A DNA stretch of 64,000 nt, taken from a virus (Duplodnaviria; Caudoviricetes). The translations under genes were made by a program, and so were the position numbers. Shown piece by piece: positions 10,193 to 20,222 of the stretch. Under the pieces are notes generated by a model. That model was not told where the DNA came from, did not search any database, and saw only the letters and a program-made list of their open reading frames with translations. Positions within the stretch are counted from its first letter, which is position 1, and each line of letters starts with the position of its first letter. The DNA is taken from the IMG/VR virus record IMGVR_UViG_2845860650_000005, positions 32,001-96,000 of that record, one strand, 5' to 3'.

Positions 10193-11212
10193 TTAAATCA
10201 ATTCCCAGTAAACATTTAACAACTCAATCGGGACATACCTAATATCAATTTCAGGATTAGCCTTTTGACAAGCTTGGGCAAACTGCCAATCTTCTGAGGC
10301 ATTGTCAGTGTGAGCGTCCCCTACAATCCAATAGTTTCTAAATGACTTACCAGCATCTTTTGTGATATTCAGAAAAGCCTCAATTCCTGGTTTATCAGTT
10401 CTACCTGTGCATGTTTCATGCACGAATATATTTGACAATAAGTTGTAATAAATTGAGTTATTGCCACCTTGGTTGGTTGCAAATTGCCAAACAAATCCAA
10501 TATCAAATTCTTCATCAAGGTAAGCAGCTAACAAACGTATTTCTTCTTCTAAAAAATCAATTGTTTTTTGCCCGGTTCCTATACCTCTTTGGTTGCTGAC
10601 AACGTATAGCAACGACGACCTCTTGTCGTATTTTTTTGCCCATTCTTCAAACTCTGGTACGATTTCAAAATCATCAGGCGATCGCGGAAAAGTTCGCCCT
10701 TCTTTTGGACATTTAATAGTTTTATACATGTCGAAAACAATTACATTTGGATAATCCAGGCCCCTCATTTGCACAGCAATATCTTTTGCAGTTATTCCTA
10801 ATTTTTGTACTGGATTAAACGGTTCCCATCCAGACCGCATACTTTCGAGTACCGCATCAGGAACATTGTGTGTAGAAGTTGTACGCTCCCCATTAGCAAG
10901 TATCACAGCTTCACTCGTAACTACATGAACTGCATAACCGTATTTAGCAGCTAATTCAATATACGGTTTGCGGTAAATATTACGGGTAAAAGTGTTATGT
11001 ACTATTATTTCCTCCTCCCCCGCTTTCATCCACTCTTCAACGGTGTTGTGACACCATTCATGAGACGTTTTTTGCAAGTCTGCTTGATACACCCCATCTA
11101 TATACAAATTTGGGTAGTCGTCTGCTGCGATCGCTTTTCCCGGTAGTTTCTTAGATAAAGAGGTTTTGCCATCACCAGGACAACCCATTACTAAAGTCAC
11201 GGTTTTATGCAT
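10193..11212 (-). CDS. P-loop kinase fused to HAD phosphatase (polynucleotide kinase/phosphatase-like)
   Basis: GCPGDGKT, HNTF, HNVP; HAD part VFDMYKT, VSNQRGI, KP, VGD. Confidence 0.75.
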   Translation of the reverse strand: MHKTVTLVMGCPGDGKTSLSKKLPGKAIAADDYPNLYIDGVYQADLQKTSHEWCHNTVEEWMKAGEEEIIVHNTFTRNIYRKPYIELAAKYGYAVHVVTSEAVILANGERTTSTHNVPDAVLESMRSGWEPFNPVQKLGITAKDIAVQMRGLDYPNVIVFDMYKTIKCPKEGRTFPRSPDDFEIVPEFEEWAKKYDKRSSLLYVVSNQRGIGTGQKTIDFLEEEIRLLAAYLDEEFDIGFVWQFATNQGGNNSIYYNLLSNIFVHETCTGRTDKPGIEAFLNITKDAGKSFRNYWIVGDAHTDNASEDWQFAQACQKANPEIDIRYVPIELLNVYWELI

Positions 11213-11451
11213 TGAAATAACTCCGTTTGTTTTTGAACTTCTACTTGAGGTAAAACTAATTCCTCAATATCTTGCTTAGAAACACATCTGTAGACTGGTT
11301 TTCTGTATTCAATGACCCGATTCATTGATTGGTCGAGAACTTCTCCAGTAACAGTCTGTTCTCTCACATCTGTGACTAGCAAAAGCCTATAGTCAGGCTT
11401 CTTGTCCGGGAGAGGAATTACTTTAACAATGTCGCCTTTTTGGTATTTCAT
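11197..11451 (-). CDS. Small SH3/KOW-like protein
   Basis: MKYQKGDIVKV start; probably a leaderless transcript. Confidence 0.6.
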   Translation of the reverse strand: MKYQKGDIVKVIPLPDKKPDYRLLLVTDVREQTVTGEVLDQSMNRVIEYRKPVYRCVSKQDIEELVLPQVEVQKQTELFQCIKP

Positions 11452-11457
11452 TCTTAG

Positions 11458-11509
11458 AGATTAGCAGATTTTGTACTTAATCAATACAAAGTTTACATTT
11501 ATTTACAAT
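11458..11509 (-). promoter_or_regulatory. Promoter with HLR1 (RpaB) direct repeat
   Basis: TTTACATT-TA-TTTACAAT at 11492-11509; TTGATT-N15-TAATCT with extended TG on the - strand. Confidence 0.6.
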
Positions 11510-11922
11510 TAAAATGGGAGAATCGCATCTAGAATTTCTCCGAACAGCGTTTCTGTCTCTATTGAGGCGTTAAGAGTGGTTAATCTATTCTGCTGTTGAA
11601 AATACTGCAACACTTCTTTTAGTTTTCCAGATTCTTGATTTAGCTTTAAGTAGATAGCAAAATCAAATTCTGTAATCATGCGACATTGGCTAAGATTTCG
11701 TGGAAAACTATCAATTATCCAGCTTGGTTTCAATAAAATATCTTTTGCTGCTTCAACTACAGCAGGATCATCCAAAAACTGCCAGTCATAGTATGAAGTG
11801 GTGTAAAACTCAGCCAGTTTTTTACCTTGGACGTTCTTGATAGAATTAGAATCGCTTAATAAAATAATTCTCATCTCAGTAACCGCAGTGCAGCAAATAA
11901 TATGATTTTCAATCATTATCAA
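11509..11922 (-). CDS. Degenerate adenylate-kinase-like protein
   Basis: WIIDSFPRNLSQ resembles Adk wilDGFPR; P-loop eroded. Confidence 0.5.
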   Translation of the reverse strand: MIMIENHIICCTAVTEMRIILLSDSNSIKNVQGKKLAEFYTTSYYDWQFLDDPAVVEAAKDILLKPSWIIDSFPRNLSQCRMITEFDFAIYLKLNQESGKLKEVLQYFQQQNRLTTLNASIETETLFGEILDAILPF

Positions 11923-11940
11923 TACTATGTCGCTAAAGTA

Positions 11941-12008
11941 TAATTCGTAAGTCGTAATTGGTAATTGAGTTTCTTAATTACGAATTACGACTTACGAATT
12001 ACGAATTA
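11941..12008. repeat. Inverted AATTCGT/AATTACG heptamer (STRR) hairpin
   Basis: Direct reading. Confidence 0.9.
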
Positions 12009-15000
12009 TTCAAGGTCTTGGGCGTTGATGCTCAACTCTTGCTCTAAATAAGCTTTCTCTTTCTTGAGTTCGAGTATCTTGCCGTTCACCAAATCCCGAT
12101 CGCACCTTTTAGATGCCAGTTGTTGGGTGGATTCTTCGAGTTGTCGGCTAAGGATTTGTAAGCGATTTTGCAAGTGGCGATCGCTCCCGGCAATCTTCGC
12201 ATGGCATTCCCGCATATTCCTAATCAATCGCTGTTCGGTCAAACGGTAAGCAAAATCATAATTACCTTCACCTTTTAACCACAACTCAACACTTTCACCT
12301 TTTTTACTTACATGGAACCTGCTGATGATTTGCATACCACCATATTCACCAATGCATATTGGCAGACTAGAGAGGAAGTCTTTATCGCTTGCTTCTAAAT
12401 CTAGAGTAGTTTTTTCTAAATTAGCTTTGATGATTTGGTGAATGTGGGCATCAGCTAATTTAATAGCTTTCTCGTTTTCTTGTTCGTTGTAGGTTGTATC
12501 TCCTACTTTGCAAACAAAGTATGGATTGTTAATGTGAGATTTAGCAACTTCAACATCGTTTTTACCTAACTCCAACTGATTAGCTACGTACTTAATATTG
12601 GCTTTGATAACAGGCAAGCTAATATCACTAGAACCAATATTTAGTTGATTGATTTCTCTGAGTAGCAAATTAGCCCGACTTTCTTCCATTTCTAACTCGG
12701 TTTTGAGTTCCATGTACCGCATAAACCGTATGTCGCCGCTAGCGTGAGCCGACAACATCATAAATAACAATAGCTGGTCGTCTTCCTCAACTATCCTCCT
12801 TACCGATGGGTCACCCCTTAGCACTTGTTCGCGGGATTTTAGCTTAGTTTGTAGCAAGTGCATTTGAGCGGCGTCGGCCCCGAAGTTCCCATTCTTGCCT
12901 TGAGTCAGATATTGATAAATGATAACTTCCTCGTTTTCGTTCCCGCTTCGCACTGGGCGACCTAATCTTTGCTCGTACTCGTCTGGGCGTCTAGGAATAT
13001 CGAGAAAGTGAGCAATTTTTATTTTCCTTTGCATATTGACGCCAATACCCATAGGTTCGGTGGAACCGAAAACTACTCTTACTTCCCCAGTGTTTACTTT
13101 ACGGCTCAACTCCTTTTTAGCTTTGCCTTTGGAGTGATCTTGAATAAAGGCAATTTCCTCCTTGGGGATGCCCTTATTTATTAACTGCTGCCGCATCCAT
13201 TCATAAATTCCAAATTTGGCACTGCCCCCAGGTGTGCCCATATCCAAAAATACCAACTGAGTTGAGCGTTGCACTTTAGTTAGCTTCCACCATCTGTAAA
13301 TCCGCCGCACTGCCTGATTGATTTTATCGAGCCGATTAATTGCTTGTTCTGGGTCGATTAACTGTGGCGCAATCATCAGTTTTCTGGCATCGGTTCCCAA
13401 AAGTAAGTGATTGTCGAACTTTTTCCCCCACTTCAAACCCAGCGCCGCCGCTTCTTTCTCGGTAAAAATCGGTTGATGAGTATCTGGATGTAGCAATCTA
13501 TTACCCTCTTCATCCAATAAAAAACCCGCACTGTCGCGGGAGGGAAAAGTCAATGGTTCATCGTTGATTATCCAAGTGCGCCGCTTGGCTATCATGTCCA
13601 TCTCATACTTCTGAAATTCAGATAAAGGTGACATCACAGCCTTTACCCTATGTTTAGGGCGAGTAAACCCAGCTTGCCCAGCAACGTCATCAAACCGCTT
13701 GATATGACAAACCTTGAGGTACATTTGTAACAACTCAGGAACGTTGACAAATTCCGCAAACCTCTGAGAAACTATCAAATCCCCTGAAACACTGGGTTCC
13801 AATTTAGAAACAATCCGCCCAAAAGTAGCTGCCCAAGCGTCGAAATGAGCCAGACCCCTTTGCTCTAGTTCCTCTGGCTGCAAATAGCACTGAAATATAT
13901 AAACCCCGACTAACGAGTTTGTGGGTTCTGGAGTCCCGGTAACCATCATCAAGAAATTGTTATGGTAGGTCTTCCGCATCCATGCCAATTTCAAATCGAA
14001 ATCCTGTGACCTACCTGAAGGCGATAAATTTATCCCCTTAGCTTGAATTTTCGTAGAGAAAAAATTGTTTTTGAAGCGTTGACACTCGTCAACTATTAAA
14101 AGCGACACCCCAAGGTCTTCAAAGTGAATACCGACATCGTGACAAGTTGTTAACTCCTCCAAATGCGCTGTAATCTTGTCGCGCATCTCCTCCAATCGCT
14201 TGACTATGCGGTTGCCGCGCTTTTTCCCAACCTTTTCACTTGTTTCACCCTTGGAGTAAAGTGCCTGTAGGTCAGACTCAATAATTGCCAATTTTTCCTC
14301 AACAAACAATTTCTCTGTTTCGACGCGAGTTGGTATCGCCTTGAAAGTTTCATGAGTAATAATGATTGCGTCGTAGTTCCAAAATGCGGCTTTTGCTAAG
14401 AACTTCTGCCGATTCACCCCCGCACAGTCTTCAGGTGCAGCACAAAGTACGCTAGCATGGGGATAAGCTTCTGTAAAAGTATCGTGGAAATCAGACAAAG
14501 TCGATTTCTGGACTACAAACATAGCTTTCGTGCTGGTTTTGTGAAGTTTACGCAGCATTGCAGTGGCGATCGCTGAAATACTTTTGCCCAATCCCACCTC
14601 AAGACCCAGCAATCCATTACCATTAACCGACATTCGCCAAATGGAATCTAATTGGTAAGGTCTAAGCTGCTGCACCCACTTTTGACTCATTCCCGATCGC
14701 ACCAAAACATCCCGGAACCCAGCAGGTGCAGAATCGTCCCAGTTGGGTAAAACCAACCGATTGAATTTGTGATTGTAAATCTTTTCTAGTTCCAGTCCCC
14801 TTTCCCCTTCCTTGCACCAATCAACCCAAATCCTTTGTAGTTGCTGCTGCTTCAATGCGGCTTCCCTTCTTGCAATTCGGTCTGCAATCTGTGGAACTTT
14901 GAAATGCATCGCCATCGTAAATAGCCCGTCCTCAATTTTCGTGCCGACAGCAGGGAGGTTTTTGGTTACTTGTTGCCCATTTTTGCGCTCAACGACGTAG

Positions 15001-15329
15001 CTATAGCCGTAAGTTACAGTATTGGCGTCAGAATTACATCTTCTTGTATCGATTTCCCAGTTACCACTAACCGTCGAGTAATAGAAGCTGGCATCAACAT
15101 CAAATACATCTAGTACAAACTGTTGGTAATATTTGGTGGGTATCCAGGTTGCTCCCACCGTGATATCAATATCTGCGATCGCAACATTTAGCGGTAGTAT
15201 TTTCCTCAAAGCTTGCACTTCCTCTTCAAAGGAAGCATCAGCTTCAAAAGCTTTTTCAGCTTTCTCTAGCTTGGACAAGATATCACCAGACAAGAATCTA
15301 TGAGCATCAACAATTTGGAATGGGTACAT
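12006..15329 (-). CDS. SNF2-like helicase, C-terminal part of a DarB-like methylase-helicase
   Basis: FLSGDILSKL, VGATWIP, LRPYQ, EVGLGKS, DECQRFKN, TGTP, STEPMGIGVNMQ, EQRLGR. Confidence 0.85.
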   Translation of the reverse strand: MYPFQIVDAHRFLSGDILSKLEKAEKAFEADASFEEEVQALRKILPLNVAIADIDITVGATWIPTKYYQQFVLDVFDVDASFYYSTVSGNWEIDTRRCNSDANTVTYGYSYVVERKNGQQVTKNLPAVGTKIEDGLFTMAMHFKVPQIADRIARREAALKQQQLQRIWVDWCKEGERGLELEKIYNHKFNRLVLPNWDDSAPAGFRDVLVRSGMSQKWVQQLRPYQLDSIWRMSVNGNGLLGLEVGLGKSISAIATAMLRKLHKTSTKAMFVVQKSTLSDFHDTFTEAYPHASVLCAAPEDCAGVNRQKFLAKAAFWNYDAIIITHETFKAIPTRVETEKLFVEEKLAIIESDLQALYSKGETSEKVGKKRGNRIVKRLEEMRDKITAHLEELTTCHDVGIHFEDLGVSLLIVDECQRFKNNFFSTKIQAKGINLSPSGRSQDFDLKLAWMRKTYHNNFLMMVTGTPEPTNSLVGVYIFQCYLQPEELEQRGLAHFDAWAATFGRIVSKLEPSVSGDLIVSQRFAEFVNVPELLQMYLKVCHIKRFDDVAGQAGFTRPKHRVKAVMSPLSEFQKYEMDMIAKRRTWIINDEPLTFPSRDSAGFLLDEEGNRLLHPDTHQPIFTEKEAAALGLKWGKKFDNHLLLGTDARKLMIAPQLIDPEQAINRLDKINQAVRRIYRWWKLTKVQRSTQLVFLDMGTPGGSAKFGIYEWMRQQLINKGIPKEEIAFIQDHSKGKAKKELSRKVNTGEVRVVFGSTEPMGIGVNMQRKIKIAHFLDIPRRPDEYEQRLGRPVRSGNENEEVIIYQYLTQGKNGNFGADAAQMHLLQTKLKSREQVLRGDPSVRRIVEEDDQLLLFMMLSAHASGDIRFMRYMELKTELEMEESRANLLLREINQLNIGSSDISLPVIKANIKYVANQLELGKNDVEVAKSHINNPYFVCKVGDTTYNEQENEKAIKLADAHIHQIIKANLEKTTLDLEASDKDFLSSLPICIGEYGGMQIISRFHVSKKGESVELWLKGEGNYDFAYRLTEQRLIRNMRECHAKIAGSDRHLQNRLQILSRQLEESTQQLASKRCDRDLVNGKILELKKEKAYLEQELSINAQDLE

Positions 15330-15367
15330 AGGTAATTTCTAATTCGTAGTTCGTAATTGAGGGCATG

Positions 15368-15397
15368 AAAAAGCGATCGCATTTTGGTGCGATCGCT
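15368..15397 (-). terminator. Intrinsic terminator whose stem is formed by two HIP1 sites
   Basis: AAAAAGCGATCGCA-TTTTGG-TGCGATCGCT. Confidence 0.7.
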
Positions 15398-15423
15398 ATT
15401 ACAGAATTATTTTTTGAGAACTA

Positions 15424-15720
15424 TCAGCTATCTTCTATCTCGATATCTACATAAACATAGTTAGAAGCTCCTGCACCTGCTGTATGTATATGAGAATAAA
15501 CTTCTACAACACGACAAAGTTTTTTACCCAAATAAAGCTTTTGATCGGATTCTAAGTTTGTTGCATAACTCCCTAAATATACTTTCTGTTGTTTGCTCCA
15601 TCGATAAAAATCTGGGTCGTACTTGTTATTTTCATCATCCCAATCAACAGGTTGTTTATAAAAAGCAGCATTACACCTGCCTTGCTCGTCAACCGTTACA
15701 GACTCTATTCGCTTATTCAT
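15424..15720 (-). CDS. Hypothetical protein
   Basis: 98 aa ORF with GAGG SD. Confidence 0.65.
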   Translation of the reverse strand: MNKRIESVTVDEQGRCNAAFYKQPVDWDDENNKYDPDFYRWSKQQKVYLGSYATNLESDQKLYLGKKLCRVVEVYSHIHTAGAGASNYVYVDIEIEDS

Positions 15721-15722
15721 AC

Positions 15723-16124
15723 TTAACCTCTCAATGCCTCATTAAAATTAGCGATCGCAATACAATCTACAAATCTAAATTCACCAGATTCCGACTTAGA
15801 AGTTATCAATCGTAAATTAGGAGAATCGGAATTTGGAAACTTATCAAACACTGCTAAATACAGTTGGTCGCACATATCCAATAAATGTTCTCTGGCAATT
15901 TGAGCTTCATCCATTTGAACTCGCTGCAACATAACTTCAGGAGTGCCAAGCTTTTTACCTAATCTTTCTTCCTCTTCTTCGCCCATCCTACAAAGAGCTT
16001 CGCCTAATAATTCTGTAACTTTTGCATCAACTACTGCAAAATCCACCCCTGAAAAATTTGTAGCTGATTCAACTAGTAATTTAGCTGCTGCAATAACAGC
16101 ATTTTCACAAATTTCTTTGTCCAT
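15723..16124 (-). CDS. Hypothetical protein
   Basis: 133 aa ORF. Confidence 0.65.
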   Translation of the reverse strand: MDKEICENAVIAAAKLLVESATNFSGVDFAVVDAKVTELLGEALCRMGEEEEERLGKKLGTPEVMLQRVQMDEAQIAREHLLDMCDQLYLAVFDKFPNSDSPNLRLITSKSESGEFRFVDCIAIANFNEALRG

Positions 16125-16164
16125 GATTTTATATGTGGGAGTTTTATACTCCCACTAAAACTAA

Positions 16165-16335
16165 CTACTCAATTGTTTTCCCACCTGGCTTATTAGATTG
16201 ATCGAATCCAAAATCACCATTCAACCAATCATCATCAGAATTTTTATCAACAGGATTGGGTTGTCCATAGACTTGTTTTCCACCAACCCACTGATTATTT
16301 TTTTGAGGTTTCTTTTTTGGTTTTTCCTTACTCAT
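16165..16335 (-). CDS. Small hypothetical protein (56 aa, MSKEKPKKK...)
   Basis: Manual translation; ATGA overlap with the vWA gene. Confidence 0.55.
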   Translation of the reverse strand: MSKEKPKKKPQKNNQWVGGKQVYGQPNPVDKNSDDDWLNGDFGFDQSNKPGGKTIE

Positions 16336-16913
16336 GGCAACAATCCTTTAATCGCAGACTTCAACAAAACTTGATTTTGCATTTTACTGATATCGCACAC
16401 CTGAAAACTCCCACACCCAACTCTGGCTAAATTCGCCATAAATGCGATCGCCTTAGCATCGTCATCCGGGCCAATATACAAAGTTGAAATCGTCCCAGTT
16501 AGCTTTTCTGCTGCTTTTAGGGCAGCATCCGCATCATCTGGATGCCCGTCGCTAACTACTAAGGTGTGCTTGGGGGCATAGCTTATGGCTTGAATAATTG
16601 CCAACCGCACATCGGTATTGCCCAATGGTTCGGGAATTGATTGAAAGTTTGGGATGCGATCGCAATTCTGAGAGAAAACCAACACAATCTCATTTATCGC
16701 CAACGGTCTATTCACCGCGTCCCGCAAAACATCAATTTTGCGGCGACCATTTTCTACTTGTTGTTCCATCGACCCAGAAATGTCTAACAAAATCACCGTA
16801 GGCGATGCTGGATTGGCGTTTAACCTGGTGGCGTACTTTTCGACTTCCCCGGTGGGAGGAATTTTAGATGCTTGATTGATGAGGAGTTGTAGAGGATTAA
16901 CTAGATTACTCAT
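16332..16913 (-). CDS. vWA domain protein
   Basis: MIDAS DISGS, T, SDG; LYIGP. Confidence 0.85.
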   Translation of the reverse strand: MSNLVNPLQLLINQASKIPPTGEVEKYATRLNANPASPTVILLDISGSMEQQVENGRRKIDVLRDAVNRPLAINEIVLVFSQNCDRIPNFQSIPEPLGNTDVRLAIIQAISYAPKHTLVVSDGHPDDADAALKAAEKLTGTISTLYIGPDDDAKAIAFMANLARVGCGSFQVCDISKMQNQVLLKSAIKGLLP

Positions 16914-17548
16914 GCCTTAACCTCCTGAGCAATTCCAATCGCTTTGAGATACATAGCTAAATGCCTTGGCGACGGTTCCACGTTTCCCGTTCTACAGGGA
17001 ATAGAAATGTCTCCCTTCCAAGATTCAGCAATAGCTTCCAAAAAAGCTTTGAGTTGGTCTTGCTTGTCATCAAACCAACACCTGTTACCTTCACCCTCTA
17101 ATTCACCAGGGGCGTGATATTGATTGCCAGTAACGTACAAACACCACTTCCAAGTCCATCGGCGTCCCGCATCTTGAAAATAAATCCTCCTGTCTGCTCC
17201 ACGACTCCAAATATTAATATCAAAGTCTCCTTCATATCCCCACTGCCGAATCGCAGCAACGGCAGCAGACTTTATAGACCACTGGTTCTCAGTTTTTTCG
17301 ACTTGTTTTTCGATGTCTTGCTGACGCAGCTGCGCTTCAGCTTCTTTGGCTATCCGCTTGCGTTCTTCCTCTTGCTTCTCAATCCTCAATTTCTCTGCCA
17401 CGGCAAATTCAATCGCTGCTCGTTCTTGAGATGACAACACCTCCCCTTGGGCGGCCGCCCTGACCGCGCCTCCCCGCTTAATGGCTTCTGCCATCGCACC
17501 TTTTAATAATTGCAGTAGTTGGTCATCTGTTAAAATTGAAAAATCCAT
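16910..17548 (-). CDS. Hypothetical coiled-coil protein (start probably 17548)
   Basis: GAGG before MDFSIL. Confidence 0.65.
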   Translation of the reverse strand: MDFSILTDDQLLQLLKGAMAEAIKRGGAVRAAAQGEVLSSQERAAIEFAVAEKLRIEKQEEERKRIAKEAEAQLRQQDIEKQVEKTENQWSIKSAAVAAIRQWGYEGDFDINIWSRGADRRIYFQDAGRRWTWKWCLYVTGNQYHAPGELEGEGNRCWFDDKQDQLKAFLEAIAESWKGDISIPCRTGNVEPSPRHLAMYLKAIGIAQEVKA

Positions 17549-17601
17549 ATTTCCTCGCAATTTGGTAGTTCTAAGTAATGGGATGCTCCAACATCCCATT
17601 A

Positions 17602-17883
17602 CTAAACAATCATTACTGAATCTTCCCGAACCAGCATCCATCCATTTTTAGTAGACGATGCCAAAGCCCAACTTTGGCTACAGGCTCGTAAAATGTCGTT
17701 GACATATTTGGGTGCTATCCCCAATCGTTTCCCCATTTCTGTCGCCGTGTGCCAGTTACCATCTTTAAGGATCTCTAAAAGTGCGATCGCTCTTTGGGCA
17801 GTGACGGGGCAAGGGCTAGGGATTTTACCCTGCAATAAATCTGGGGCTAGCTCTTTGAGTTGAGCGATCGTTGAATTATCCAC
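17602..17883 (-). CDS. Winged-helix DNA-binding protein
   Basis: HTATEMGKRLGIAPKYVNDIL followed by a wing. Confidence 0.65.
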   Translation of the reverse strand: MDNSTIAQLKELAPDLLQGKIPSPCPVTAQRAIALLEILKDGNWHTATEMGKRLGIAPKYVNDILRACSQSWALASSTKNGWMLVREDSVMIV

Positions 17884-18410
17884 TAATAACCTCTGATTTC
17901 TTCAAGTTTACGCATATATTCACAGGCTACTTCGTATTTCGCATCTGTGGAGAACTGCGATCGCTCAAGCCCCCATTCATAATGGATGTCTTCAATTTTC
18001 TTAAGTAGCAGAGGCGTTAGTCCCTCTCTACCTTCAAATTCTTTTTGAAGATTTTCTACTGCAACTTGTTTTTGGTATTCAGCTAACTTTTCTTTAGCTA
18101 ATTTCTCAATCTCAGATTGAGAGATGACACGTCCATCATATTGAACGTCGTTCTCAATAGCAAAATTTTCTTCTGTCTCTAATTCTTGCTCGGCTTCTTT
18201 TACTAAAAGTTCCCACACTTCAGGGCTATCAATATTCGCCTTAATGTAAGAATCACGCTTGTTTTTCTCAGAATTACGACGTTCTAACTCTGATTCAAAT
18301 GCTTGTCTCCATTTAGGAGAATCAAGCTTATCAGCACCCCACTCTAAATACTCTGTGGGAATTTTGCTAATGTCAGACCCTTTATGTTTTCCAAAAGTTA
18401 TTGTAGTCAT
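17883..18410 (-). CDS. DUF3820-like (FGKHKG) domain protein
   Basis: ITFGKHKGSDISKIPTEYLEW. Confidence 0.75.
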   Translation of the reverse strand: MTTITFGKHKGSDISKIPTEYLEWGADKLDSPKWRQAFESELERRNSEKNKRDSYIKANIDSPEVWELLVKEAEQELETEENFAIENDVQYDGRVISQSEIEKLAKEKLAEYQKQVAVENLQKEFEGREGLTPLLLKKIEDIHYEWGLERSQFSTDAKYEVACEYMRKLEEIRGY

Positions 18411-18434
18411 AATTACCTCTTTTTCATATTTTTA

Positions 18435-18463
18435 ATATTATACCCTTGAAGGGTATATGTCAA
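18435..18463 (-). promoter_or_regulatory. Sigma70 promoter with palindromic operator
   Basis: TTGACA ... TATAAT/TAATAT enclosing TATACCCTT-C-AAGGGTATA. Confidence 0.7.
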
Positions 18464-19437
18464 TTAGGAAGATATTTTTGTTTTTCACCCCCCACCTGCT
18501 TATTCAAAGAAACCTTATCGCCTGCTGCCATCCCTGAAAAATAGCCTTCGTAAGACCTACAAGAAGGTCTGCTTGTCCTATTCTTAATCTTGAGGTTGGC
18601 TTTGGCGTAGGCATCTAATTCGGCTTCTAGCTTTTCGTAAAGCGATCGCACTACAATCGCAGATATGGGTTTTGATTCCCCAGAGGCAGCGATACCTTCA
18701 GATTTTTGTTTCTCTACAAGTTCGCTAATTCGAGTAGAGATGCGACTAGCACAACCAAGCCTGAAAGAATTTTTGTAAGCTCTATCGCCGTCTTCAAGAC
18801 TTGCCAACCTATCAACAGCACCAACCAAATACTCAAGTTGAATTTTGGCAGATGAAATATTAGATGGGCGTCCAAGCATCATTTGTTTGACTGTAGCGCC
18901 TCTACGAATAAAGGGCATACAGTAATTAGCATCAGCTACAGCATTGAGTAAAATCTCCTTCCAAGAAACTGACCGCCCCGTTTCTTCAATAACTTGCTGT
19001 TCGACTTCTTCAGGGGAGTTGTCCTCCAAATCTGCCATCGACAACTGATAGCGAGTTAATAGTTCTTGGGCTTTGGACATAGCCTCTGCGGCTTCTGCTT
19101 CGTTGGGCGACTGGGACAGGGCAAGCAGTTTTTTGATTTTGTCCCCAATTTTTTCAAGGTTAGGGGGTGGAGAGGTGTGGGGAGGCGGAGAAGAATTTTC
19201 TGTTTCTTCCTTAAGATACTCAATAAATTTCTCAACCTCATCTTTCCAAAAACAGTAATTATCCCAATTTTTAAAGCTTTTACGCTTCCAGATATTACTG
19301 TCTTCTTCCTTAAAAAATTGTTTTGATTCTAATAACCGCTTGGCTTTGTTATGTACCAAAATATTAGAGTCAAAATTACTAATTTCTACACCGATAGCAG
19401 TTGCATAAAATATAGCTTTAATCTCCATTAAACCCAC
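18460..19437 (-). CDS. DUF2786 domain protein with an extra N-terminal domain
   Basis: KIKKLLALSQSPNEAEAAEAMSKAQELLTRYQL; NSFRLG. Confidence 0.8.
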   Translation of the reverse strand: MGLMEIKAIFYATAIGVEISNFDSNILVHNKAKRLLESKQFFKEEDSNIWKRKSFKNWDNYCFWKDEVEKFIEYLKEETENSSPPPHTSPPPNLEKIGDKIKKLLALSQSPNEAEAAEAMSKAQELLTRYQLSMADLEDNSPEEVEQQVIEETGRSVSWKEILLNAVADANYCMPFIRRGATVKQMMLGRPSNISSAKIQLEYLVGAVDRLASLEDGDRAYKNSFRLGCASRISTRISELVEKQKSEGIAASGESKPISAIVVRSLYEKLEAELDAYAKANLKIKNRTSRPSCRSYEGYFSGMAAGDKVSLNKQVGGEKQKYLPN

Positions 19438-20222
19438 TCCCTATAAACTAATTTCAGCTTGAGTAAAATCTCCAAAGTAATATCGCTATCTAAGCCCGAT
19501 TTTTCAGCAATTTCATCCAATCGTACTTCCCCGAACCACCCCATACACCAACTAAAGGCATTAGTTATTCGAGTATCCAAGTCCTCTTCAAAAAAGTGTT
19601 GCCCATGCAGTGATTTGGGAGGATGATTAATTCGTTTGTAGAAAATATCAGATTTATTCCCAGATTCATCGGTTAGCTGGCTTAAATAAATCTCCAATCT
19701 GATATCATTCCAGATGCCATCGTAGTAGCTTTTACAGTTTTTAAGTAAACCAAATTCACCTACAAAGTCATCGTAGAAATGATTGAGTTGTTCCCGTAAG
19801 CGATCGCACTTTTGGTCATCCTCCTCAGTCGTTTCTGCCTTAAGAAGTTCTTCAATAATTGAAACACCTTCTATCAGGCACTTCATCACTTCTATCTGTT
19901 CGATTGGTGCGTCAATTGGCTGAAATGTTCCCGGCAAAATGGGAACTTTAGAAGGCGTATCAGAATGCTTTTTATCTATGTCCCAAATCAACCCCTGGTG
20001 GGCATTTTTGAATGAGATGCCCAGATGTCCATTGAAGAAACAAAATACTCCGCCACGAAACCTCTCAGTCCACTTTAAATCGTCATCGCCTAATATAATT
20101 GGAGATGTTTGAAAAACAACCGTGGGCGTAAAATCTGGGACGAACCTTTGATATGTTACGCCTTTTTCTTTCTCAATTGCTGCAATCTCTTGTTGGCGGA
20201 GGTATCGAACTTTTTTAGGCGC
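19428..20222 (-). CDS. Middle segment of a DarB-like protein; frame open ~77 codons upstream of 19991 with no start codon
   Basis: RLREQLNHFYDDFVGEFGLL, KSDIFYKRI, GEVRLDEIAEKSG; reachable by a -1 shift from ORF 20156-20548. Confidence 0.7.
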   Translation of the reverse strand, partial: APKKVRYLRQQEIAAIEKEKGVTYQRFVPDFTPTVVFQTSPIILGDDDLKWTERFRGGVFCFFNGHLGISFKNAHQGLIWDIDKKHSDTPSKVPILPGTFQPIDAPIEQIEVMKCLIEGVSIIEELLKAETTEEDDQKCDRLREQLNHFYDDFVGEFGLLKNCKSYYDGIWNDIRLEIYLSQLTDESGNKSDIFYKRINHPPKSLHGQHFFEEDLDTRITNAFSWCMGWFGEVRLDEIAEKSGLDSDITLEILLKLKLVYREWV

